Origin: Eledone cirrhosa
Taxonomy: Eukaryota
DNA: 64,000 nucleotides
Direction: 5' to 3'
Assembly (NCBI GenBank): GCA_964016885.1
Contig: OZ024760.1
Coordinates: 15,314,001-15,378,000 of the forward strand
Part shown: piece after piece, positions 12,743-25,093 of the stretch
Numbering within the stretch: the first letter of the stretch is position 1
Layout of the letters: the number at the start of each line of letters is the position of its first letter
Notes under the pieces: model-generated
What the model was told of the DNA's origin: nothing
The model's database searches: none
The model's input: the letters and a program-made list of their open reading frames with translations, nothing else
Position numbers and translations under genes: made by a program

Positions 12743-15700
12743 CACACGTTTAGCTAAATGGTTAAGAGATCACGACCGAAATTTGAGGGACACGGAGTTC
12801 AATTCTTAATATCTCCTTAGCGGCTGGTAGCCATTTTCCCCCGTCCGTAGGAATATTTATGCTCGATTTTCTGAGCTATTATTTCTAGTAACCGACCGTC
12901 GTTAGTTATTTTCTGCGTTTGTAGGGGGTGGGGGTCCTACATATTATGATGTGTAACGGTCAGGTATTGATGGCTCACTTGTTTAAAAGCAATCCATGCT
13001 GTTACGTGGATCCGGTGACTGGAGCAACACTTCCGTGTGTAGTCGCTAGCTTTGGTAGCCGTAACAAGCGGAGTTTAATAATAATTGTCTACTTTTGGCA
13101 CAGGGCCAGCAATTACTCCCCAGGGAATTACTGGTGCTTTATTTTATCGACCTTGTAAGGATGAAAGGCAAAGCTAACCTGGCCGGGATTTGAACTCAGA
13201 ACGTAAAAGGCCGTAACTCTATGCTTCAAAACATGGTGTCTGGCGCTCTACCGATACTAGGTACAAGGCCAGCAATTTGGGGGATGGGGGAAGTCGATTA
13301 AATTGACCCCAGTGAATTACTGGTGCTTTATTTTATCGACCCCTTAAAGATGAAGGGCAAACAAACCTCGGCGTGATTTGAACTCAGAAAGTAAAGGGCC
13401 ATAACTCTATGCTTCAAAACATGGTGTCTGGCGCTCTACCGATACTAGGCACAAGGCCAGCAATTTGGAGGGAAGGGAAATTCGATTAAATCAACCCCAT
13501 TGCATTACTGGTACTTTACTTTATCGACCCCATAAGGATGAAAGGCAGAGCTAACCTTGCTAACTTGAACTCAGACTGGAAAGACAACTGGCAACGAAGT
13601 ATCTGTTCAGCATCTTGTACATATTTTTTTTTTCACCTATGACTCACGTTTGGTCATCGATCAGACTTAATAAGTAGCTCGTTAGACTTGTGAAACAACT
13701 GTTCACAAGACTGATTAGCGTCACAGGTAAATAAAATATGTACAAGGTGTGCCAAACTGATACTTCGTTTCCCACTTATGTTTATGGATTGGTAAAATCG
13801 GTAGAGCGTCGGAGAACATGCTTAGTGGCATAGAGTTATGGCCCTTTACGTTCTGAGTTCAAATCCTACCGAGGTTAGCTTTGCTTTTCATCCTTACAGG
13901 GTTGATAAAATAAAGTACCAGTAACACACTGAGGTTGAGTTAATCAACTTTCCCCTTCCCCAAAATTGTTGGGCTGGTGCTTAAATCAGAAACCATTATG
14001 CATATATATGTATATATATATATGTATGTATATGATAAAAATAATATATATACATATATATGTATACACAGTTCAAGAGTAACCAATCTTAAAGAGAGAG
14101 ATGGAGATAGGAGAGGAGACATTGGTGAATTAGTTAGAAGCCAAAGCGTAAAGGCATGTGCTCAATGTGCAATATGCAGTGGAAAGCAGCTAGGTGGCTG
14201 GGTTCATGCAGAAGTTAGGTGCGCAGAGCTGGAAATATTCATTAGTTAAGCAAAACAAGACCACAAATTTCACAAGGAAGACATTATTAAAAGATTGTCA
14301 ACATATTTTAGTTTGATGTAAGGAATGTAGATACATATATATATATGTAAATGTATATACATGTGTGCATATATATATATATACATCAAATTTCCGTGTA
14401 CCTTTCACCTGCTTGACCTCTTCTCATCCCTAAAGTAATCTTTTCATTCAAAGTATTCTTTCCATTCAAAACTGAAGTCTGCATTCCTCTACCCCTAAAT
14501 TAAATTTTTACTACTATTCTATCAACTTGACCACTTACTACTTTTCTATTGGTCAATTCAAAACCTGTTCCCACACAGACCTATTATATTAAATCTTTGT
14601 TGGTTTTTTTCAATAAACAAATATCATTATTTCTGGCAGTATCGGTAGAGGGTTGGATGCCATGCTTTGATGCATAGAGTTACGGCCCTTGCCATTCTGA
14701 GTTCAAATCCCGCCTAGGTTAACTTTGCCTTTCATCCTTACGGGGTCGATAAAATAAAGTACCAGTAATGCACTGGGTAATTGCTGGTCTTGTAGGGCAT
14801 AAGCATGCATATGTATGTTACAGTTCACACCTATGTAGGTTTAGCCGGCCTCCTACATGTTTCTTAGTAGTTTTAATGATAGGGGGTCCCAGTTCTGTCA
14901 GTGGGGGCCCTAACTAGATCTTATTTCCACTTTTTTAACTAACTTTCCCTAATGTTCTACACTTACTGTGATCTGCCTTATCACACACTGTGCTATGCTG
15001 TATCTTATAATAATGAAGATTGTGTACAGTGCTCAGGTGCACTACAATTCATCAAATGCGAATGTGTAGTATATAGAATAATGTACAAATATCTTCCTGA
15101 TAATTATGTTATGAGTACACGTGTCTGTGGAATGCTCAGTCACTTACATGTCATCTTGTTATATTCTCTGCAGGACCTTACAATGATCGAGGATTTACAT
15201 CGCTGTAAAGTAATTTTGGAACGTTATCAGTGGAATATAGAGGTAAGTGAACTGGTTCTCTCGTGATAAACCATTGGCTCATTCTGTCATCACCATCATC
15301 ATTGTCATCTCTTTTCATCACTATCATCATCATCATCTCTTTTCATCACTATCATCATCATCATCATCGTCATCATCTCTTTTCATCACTATCATCATCA
15401 TCATCATCGTCATCATCTCTTTTCATCACTATCATTATCATCATCATTGTCATCACCTCTTTTCATCACTATCATTATTATTATCATCACTCGTCACCAT
15501 CATCATTGTCATCTCTTTTCATCACTATCATCATCATCATCATCATTGTCATCTCTTTTCATCACTCATTATTATCATCATGCGGTGGATTGGCAGTATT
15601 GGTAGAGGGTCTGACGCCATGCCTTGCAGCATAGAGTTATGGCCCTTTAGGGTCTGAGTTCAAATCCCGCCGAGGTTAACTTTGCCTTTCATCCTTACGG

Positions 15701-18700
15701 GGTCGATAAAATAAAGTACCAGTAATACACTGGGGTAATTGCTGGCCTTGTGCCTAAAGTAGAAACAATTATCATGCATATACATTCATACACACACATA
15801 TACATACATGCATATACATTCATACACACACACATATATACATACATGCATATACATTCATACACACACATATACATACATGCATATACATTCATACACA
15901 CACATATACATACATGCATATACATTCATACACACACATATACATACATGCATATACATTCATACACATACATATACATACATGCCTATACATTCATACA
16001 GACAAATACATACGTCCAAATACATTTATACACGCACATAAATACATGCATATATATATATATATATATATACATTTATACAGACATATACATACATCCA
16101 TATACATTTATACACACACATATACATACATGCATATACATTCATACAGATATATATATATACACATACATGCCTATACATTCATACAGACATATACATC
16201 CATATACATTCATACAGACATATACATCCATATACATTCATACAGACATATACATCCATATACATTAATACACACACATATACATACATACATGCATATA
16301 CATTCATACAAACATATACATATTTGCATATACATTCATGCAGATGCATATATATTCATACAGGCACATATACATACATGCACACAGATACATAGATACA
16401 GATACATATACATACATGCACACACATGCATACAGACACATAGATACAGATACATATACATACATACAGACACATTGTTTCTGTATATTTTTCTATGTTG
16501 TGGCTGTGTTGTTATATTTGCAGTCAGCTGTGACAGACACACTTAACGAACGTGATGTTGTGGAGACCAACTTCAGCACTCCGGTCCAACCGAACAGCGC
16601 TGAACCACGTATGCCAAGCATGAACTTAACACCTCGCGACCAACAGTCAGTTCAACTTTCTCCTTTGTCAACTTACTCTCACCCGCGTTTCAAATATATG
16701 CAGTTGTCCCCTGGTATTTGCAAGGGTTTACGTTCCTAGAGCACCCGCGAAGAGTGAAAACCCCGAATATTAGACGTGGTCCATAAATATGCCTATAAAT
16801 GTCAAAATATAACGTAAAATATAATTTAAAAAAAAGGGAAGCGTCTTTTGTCCAATAGGCCGGCAAATAAGGTACCATATGGTATCATATGGTATCATAT
16901 GGTACCATATGGTACCATATGGTATCATATGGTACCATATGGTATCATATGGTATCATATGGTATCATATGGTACCATATGGTATCATATGGTATGTTGT
17001 TGTTAATAATTTAGCGCTAAAAAAATATATATATTGCTTCGAAAAAAGCCATAAATCACCGAAGATATTTACGATTCTGCAAATATGCCGTGGTTTCCAC
17101 GAACAATTATTAGTTAGGTTCTAAGGGAAATTCCGCGAATGCCAGAGGTACACTGTATTGGCTTTTGTATTTGTTTGCAACCCCCTTTTTTTTCTCATCT
17201 GTTATCTATTAAACATTTTGTTACCGTATTTCTAATTAATGGAAGACTTTGTTGTGGATGCGTTAATTGGAAAACCAGCTGGGGAAATGCTGACATGATT
17301 ACAGATATTATGCAAAAGCAGCCTGTTGTTTTTTATGTGAATACCCTGGTTAGGAAACCAGCTCAACCAAACCAGGGTGAACACAGTCATTATTACAAGT
17401 GCCATGCATGGATGGCCTCTGTTTGTGATGTTGTGAATACCCTAGGCTGGAAATGCAGCTCAACTAAACCAGGGTGAACACAGTCATGATTACAAATGCC
17501 ATGTATGAATAGCCTCTGTTTGTGATGTTTTGAATACCCTAGTTTGGAAATACAGCTCAACTAAACCAGGGTGAACATAGACTTGATTACAAATGCCATG
17601 CATGGATGGCCTCTGTTTGTGCTGCTCTGAATGCCTTGGTTTGGAAACCAGCTCAACCTAACCTGAGTGAATACTGACATGATTACAAGTACAGTGCAAG
17701 GGCACCCTCTGTTTGTGCTGCTGTGAATGCCCTGGTTGGGAGACCAGCTCAACAAGTATATGTATAATGTGTTGAACCTACCACCACCATCTCTCTTTCT
17801 CTTCTTATCCCTTTTATTTATATTCAGTTCATCCCCGCAGGGGCCGTGGGGCGGCCAGCACATGGGACCCCATTTGCTCTTAATATTGAGAAACGGGGAG
17901 GGCAAGAGAGTCGGAGGCAGTGACAGTGGGAGTTTGGCTCCTCTGTGTTCGGACCTGGTGTACATGTGTGTGTATGTTTACTTCTATTCATTCAACAGCT
18001 AAATGTTTTAGCTATTTCACGGTTTAAACAGGTTATTCCCCCCCTTCTATGTGATGAACCTCCCATCATCTATCTTTCTCTTCCTATCCCTTTTATTCAT
18101 ATTGCCTGATGTTATAGAAATCTTTGTCTGCTTTGCTCTCATTCTAAACCCTCAATATAATCCTGTCCCCTCTTGTTTTCTCCTGCAGTGTGTACGTAAC
18201 TACATCAACAGGCCCTCAAGGAGTAGTGCAATGGATTTCGTATGCGTTCATGCTTCCATTTCGATATCTTTTCACCACAGTTTTTAATATTATAAAATTT
18301 GCATGTAAGTATTCTATGTGCATTGGTATATTATGCTATATTTTTGTTAGTCTTCTATATTTTCAAGTCAGTACAGGTTTTCAAATTAACATATTAATAT
18401 AATGTATGTATATGTGTATGTATCATAGGTGTATATATCATCATCAACGTTTAACGTCCTTATACAGGGTATTTCCCCCCCCCCCCCCCCCCCAAAAAAA
18501 AATGTATACACACTTCAACAACATTCTAATAAATATTGCCTGTACAGGTAATCAAAATGTGTATACATTTTTGGGGACACGCTCTATGTGTGTGTATATA
18601 TATATATATATACCTACACAAATTATGCTAATTAGTATTCCTTTATTCCTTTCAGACAGACTATTTTGGCCAGACCCGAGGCAAAGTAAGTATTTATATA

Positions 18701-20210
18701 TCTATTCTATCTATTTCTATCATTTGCTGCTTTGCTTTCTTCCAAAGTATTAAATAAAAAACTTCTCTTCACCAAAAATTTATTCAATATACAAAAATCT
18801 GCCAATATCACGAAATGCGACTGCATATTATAACCTGGTATCATAGCAGAGACAGCAATGTGGGGTTGAGAGACCCTTGTTTAGCTCTCTTGAGCAGTGA
18901 TCTCCAACCTTTTTTATACCACGGACAATCTTTCCGCGGACCGGTAGTTGCACATGTGTTATTTAACCCTTTAGCATTTACATCACTTTATATTTACTAC
19001 TGTATTTTCATGGGAAACACTTCATCTCACATAATACCGAATAGATGAAATTTTGATATTCTTTATTTTGAGAACAATACGTTAACATCACTATGAGTGG
19101 CCAGTTACAGCTGGTTTGAACAGAAAGAGGTGAGAGAATTCTGGCCGGATACAGCCGGTTTAAATGCTAAAGGGTTAAGGGCATTTCAATAAAGAGCAAT
19201 TTATTAAAGGGCAGAAAAAATGTATTGAGTATATAAATATTTAAACAAATCTTTTTAAATTAAAGTCCAATATTTAATTTATCTATTATATAATTTTAAA
19301 TGAGTTAATTATTTCTTTGTGGCCTGGTAACAAATGATCCACAGACCGGTACTGACCTGCGGTCCGGTGGTTGGGGACCTCTGCTCTTGAGGACATAACA
19401 ACCTTTTTAGTGTCTTATTTATATTGTTTTTCTCTTCAGATGTTACTGATCCAGTAGGGGATGTTATGACTTTTATTACTAAATTCAAAGAAGATTTTGG
19501 AAACACACATCCTGTTTTTTATCAGGGGTCATATAGCCAGGTAAGTAAATGTATATGTATGTGTGTGTTGAGGGTGAAGGGTGTGGTTTATAAAGGATAG
19601 AAGGTAAAGACCTCCTTGTGTGGTTTATACAGCTAGATATGTAATTTGTTTGTGTGTGTGGTTTATATCGTTCTTCTCCTCCTCCCTGGGTATGAACTTT
19701 CCAGATACATCTTCCTGGTCAACCATGACCAAAAGGGGCCTAAACTATAAGCATTGTCCCCAGGTGGGCTCGGACCACCACTTTTCCAGTTAACAAGTTT
19801 TGTTGTTTAATTTGATGTAATAGATAAGGTCAACTAGCCAGCGATAACTCCCATCTAACAGGCTTCTGCCCAGTCTCCTTCCAGCAAATTTCATTCTCAA
19901 TTCTTGATCCAAGGTTTGTTTTATTTATTTTATTTTATTTATTTTTCTCTATTTCAGGCAATCAATGATGCCAAGAGAGAGTTACGTTTCCTTCTTGTCT
20001 ATCTCCATGACGACAGTGTTCGAAACTCTCTTGTATTCTGCCGGTAAATTCTTTTTTTGATTTTGTACTTCACATCATATGTATCTGGCTTAGAATAGGT
20101 ACACTATATCCTTGCATGTCATAGTGATTAATATGTTGGTGTCGGGGAGAACATTTGGCTGTAAAAGATGCTGTCCAATCCACACCAGCAGATGTAAAAG
20201 GATGATAACA

Positions 20211-20249
<39 letters not shown>

Positions 20250-23200
20250 CACTGAAACATCCGTGACCCATAGTAGACAACTGATGATGGGGAAACGTCT
20301 ATCTCTTGTTTGTGTTCCCTTTACTTTCTAACGCTCGTTATCAGTAACCACACAGCCTCATCCCTCTCAAACCATATTTATGTATTTATATATATTATAT
20401 AGTAATATATATATTTATTTATATATATATATATACACATTATATAGTAATATATATATCATCATCATCATCATCATCGATTAATGTCCATCTTCCACGG
20501 TAGCATGGGTTAGACGGCTCCTATTTTAAGGCAAGTTGTGTTGGGTGACCATGCCTCTCTCAAATAGGGGTGTTTCTGACTGCTTTTCTATGGCTGGATG
20601 CCCTTCCTAATGCCAACTACATTTACAGTGTGGGCTGGGTGCTTTTTGCCGTGTCTTATATATATATTTAGTTATTATTGCACCGACGTGAGGTATATGA
20701 TTTTTAATGCAATGAAATATCTATGATCGTCGGCAAATCACTGATGAGGGACTTATTTTATTACATGTTATCCATGTGCTACCAGCAGTATTTTTCTCCC
20801 CATTTTATCATATATATATATATATATCTTACAGGAAAATACATATACATATAGACACATAAATATAAACACATATATGTGTGGTGTCCATCCTTTACCA
20901 GTTTTGCTCGATGAATGAATTAAATAAATAATTAACTAATCAGACTTATATAAAATTATAGGTTGGACAAAATCAGTGGTATGGATTGGGGAGACTGGCA
21001 TGTCTGTGTAACTGGTGGTCTTCCACAAAAACACCTTACCTAAACTTGTGCCACAGAGGGGAACTTTCTAGGCTCAAAACCCATGTATTTACCGATAGAT
21101 TTTAAATATTTTTTACCTCCTGAGTTTGTTCTTTTTTTGTTTTTATTGATTTACTTTCCTTTTTTTTCTTTCTTTTTCTTCTGTGCCATTCCAATTCAAC
21201 TACAGAGAAACATTATGTAATCCAAACGTGGTTAACTTTATCAATTCCAAAGTGTTGTTTTGGGCGTGTAATGTCAACAGTCCTGAAGGGTACAGAGGTA
21301 AGACGTTGGATTATAATACTTTATTCCATTGCTGTGTGGTTGATGTTGTTGTTGAGCCCCAGGTCGTCACAGATCTAGTATGTCTTAATCTGTTGTATGT
21401 TCTGAGTTGATGTACAACCACATTGTTGTTCAACTATATCAGCCTTTGCAGCGCCTCTGGCATGAAAAGGGGACACTTAGGGATTGTGGAACTCCTTGGT
21501 GTATTTTATCATGGTACCAGCACTACCACTTTACAGAGTGGCCTGGGTGTATTTTATCATGCCACCAGCATTACCACATTACAGAGTGTACTGGGTGTAT
21601 TTTATCATGACATCAACACTACCACTTTACAGAGTGTACTGGGTGTATTTTATCTCTGAAGTATCTTCTCTATTTTCTCATTTCAGTGTCCCGGACTATC
21701 CGTGTAATTAAATATCCTTTCCTCTCCCTTATTGTCTTACGTGAGAATAACAGCATGACAGTTGTGGCTCGTATTGAAGGTTTAGTAGGTAAGTGTTTCT
21801 CTTTAATGTACTGGTCCTCTATTGTTGATTAGCTCCCTTACTTCTCTCACAATATATCTATCTATACAATACTAAAGTTCTGTGATTGCTTGCTTGCTTG
21901 TCTGTAATGTAATACAGCCAAAATGGTGCATAATGGGAAAATACTTTGAAAGGAAGTTGCCCCTGAAATGGGAATACAAATGGAATAAAACAAGTTTTGC
22001 ATAAATCGGAGCACAGGTTCCTGAAATACGGGGTTTTTCTGGGTACCTTCATCAATAGCCAACAGCTCCGAGATAACTAATAACCCTCTCTATATATATA
22101 TTATAACCCCTCTCTTTCTATATTATATAACCTTTTCTATATATATATTATAACCCCTCTCTTTCTATATATATATTATAACCCCTCTCTTTCTATATTA
22201 TATAACTCTCTCTTTCTCTCTCTCTCTATATATATATATATTATAACCCTCTTTCTATATTTTATAACTCTCTCGATATATATATATGGAGGCACATGGC
22301 TTAGTGGTTAGAGCATTGGCCTTGCAATCGAAAGGTTGTGAGTTCAATTCTCAGATCGGGTGATGTGTTGTTTCCTTGAGCAAGACACTTTATTTCACAT
22401 TACTCCAGTTTACTCAGCTGTAGAAATGAGATGATAGGGACTGGGGTCCATATCATTCCACGGCAAAAAAGCACCCAGCACTCACTGTAAATGAGGTTGG
22501 TGTTAGAAAGGGCATCCAGCTGTAGAAATCAAGCCAGTATCAGTTCCCGTCCCACCCTTGCAAGCAGGGAAAAGCGGACGTAAAATGATGATGATGATAT
22601 ATATTATAACCCTCTCTCTATATATATTATAACCCTATCTCTTTCTATATTATATAACTCTCTCTCTATATATATATTATAGCCCTCTCTCTCTCACTAT
22701 ATATATATATATTATAACCCTATCTCTTTCTGTATTATATAACTCTCTCTATATATCATCATCATCATCATACGTCCGCTTTTCCCTGCTTGCAAGGGTG
22801 GGACGGGTCTTATTCAGCACAGCATCTCTCCACTCGTCACGGTCCCTCGTCATCTCCACCATGAGCTTCAATGATCTGAGGTCTGTTCTCACCACCTCCG
22901 CCCATGTTTTTCGTGGTCTACCTCTACCACGTCTTCCTTCAACTGGCAATTCCTGGCACTTCTTCACCCATCGGTCATCCTCCATGCGCATCACATGTCC
23001 ATACCACCTCAGTCTCCTCTCCCGTACACTACATTCTATCCCTCTCAGACACAGTTTCTCTCTCAACACATTTATGCTGGGTCGTTCACGCACATTTACA
23101 CTGCACATCCAACGGAGCATGCTTGCCTCATTTCTCTCCAGCCGTCGCATATCCTCTGCAGTTGCTGCCCATGTCTCACTACCATGCAGCATCGCGCTCC

Positions 23201-24803
23201 TCACACAGGCATCATACAACCGGCCTTTCGTACGCAGGGAGAAACCCTTATATATATATATTATAGCCCTCTCTCTTTCTGTATTATATAACCCTCTCTC
23301 TCTATATATATTTATATATTACTAGACCACCAGTGACCCAAAGGGGCACGGGTAGTCTAGTTAGATATATATGTACCCTCCTTTCCCAACCGCATATATA
23401 TACTATCTGTGTCTCACAATTACATATATGTACTCTCTGTGTCTCACAACCACATTTATTTATTTTTCTTATTTATTTCACTATCTGTGTATAAATTTAA
23501 CCCTTTAGCATTTACATTATTCTGTATTTCATGGTAAAGGCTTTATCTTACATAATTATCTCACATAATATCGAATCTACAAGATTTATTTATGTTATTT
23601 ATTTTATTATTTATGTTATTTATTTTGAGAATAGTACCTTAATGTAGATATGAGCAGCCAGTTACAGCCGGTTAAAATATAAAAAAAGGTGCTTAAAGGA
23701 AAAAAGTATGTTTGTTTATTGTACACACACTTTCATTTCTCTTCTATTCTGATTAACTTTGGTTTCAGATTCAGAAGAGTTGATCCGTAGACTACAAAGA
23801 GCCATTGTAGTCAATGAACAAGCTGTTATATCAATACGAAGAGAACGGTAAGTACTAATCTGTTACCACCATACCTGTTTCTTATTTTTTGTTAATTCTT
23901 AGCTTTCTGTAATGATCTTCTTCTTCTTCGCTCACTGAATCCTGGGAGGTTCGTGGAGGCAGAGTCCACAAACACTCCTTCCAGTCGGTCCTGTCAGAAG
24001 CAACTGTCTCTAACTGATCCAGCTGGATCATCCCAGGCGTGACCAGCCAAGCTCATGGATGTTATCTAACCATCTTACTTGGGGTCTACCCCTGGGTTTC
24101 CTACCAGTTGGTTTCGCCTGTAAAATCTGTCCAGCAATTCTTTTCTGAGACATTCTAACCACATGCCCATAGTATCGGAGCTGTGATTTCTCAATTCAGA
24201 GAAGTAGCAGCTCTACCTGGAGTGACTCTCATCTTTGAGCTACACACACTATCAAGTAATGTTAGACCAAAGACCCGTCAGAAGAACCCCATTTATTTGT
24301 GATCTTATTCTTTCGTTCATTACCCAAGATGGGTTTAATTCAAACGTTTATAGTATCTATACTAGGGGACAGATTGTTGTCAAAATTTGGAGTATTAGAG
24401 TAAAGTCTTTTATATCTAATGTGATGTAGTCATAATGATTTTCACTTATGGTTAAAGATGATGGAGGAATAAATAAAAACCCAGGGGTTGGAGAGGTGGG
24501 GAGCAAACTGAAGTATATTGAAGAAGGTTGTCATATGCTCCTGAATAGCTTACCCTTGCTTTAAAAGAAATGGCCTTAAAACACGTGTCATCATCATCTC
24601 CTACCATTTCCCTTCCAGAGAGCGGCGCAATGCTGACAAGGAGTTAAGAGAGCAACAGGACCAGGCTTACTATGCTTCCCTAAAAGCTGATCAGGAAAAG
24701 GTAAGACTTATTTTTATGACACAGGTGATTCATCATGTGTGTATGTGTAGTTATATATATATGTGTGTATGTATATTTATATATATATGTGTGTATGTAT
24801 GTA

Positions 24804-24834
<31 letters not shown>

Positions 24835-25046
24835 GTATATAATAAATTTAATATAGAAATGGCTTCTATAGGACTAGAACTGTTTCATTTGAAGGAAATC
24901 AACAGGAAAGCCCTTTTCTGATGATTTCCTTCGAATGAAACAGTTCTAATCCTGTAGAAGCCATTTCTATATTAAATTTGTTGTATACACTCTACTGATG
25001 TATTGAGTACCTTACTTACTGTGGATACTCCCGATTGAACCCGGGA

Positions 25047-25093
<47 letters not shown>

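Noticed and set aside
20275-20305. CTGATGA-tggg-GAAAC-GTC minimal hammerhead
   Set aside because: No stem II pairing and a poor stem I; at most a decayed remnant.
22288-22360. Possible tRNA gene (also the tRNA-like head at 12745-12810)
   Set aside because: Box A/B are present but the cloverleaf stems are poor; the 22288 head continues into a multi-copy SINE body.
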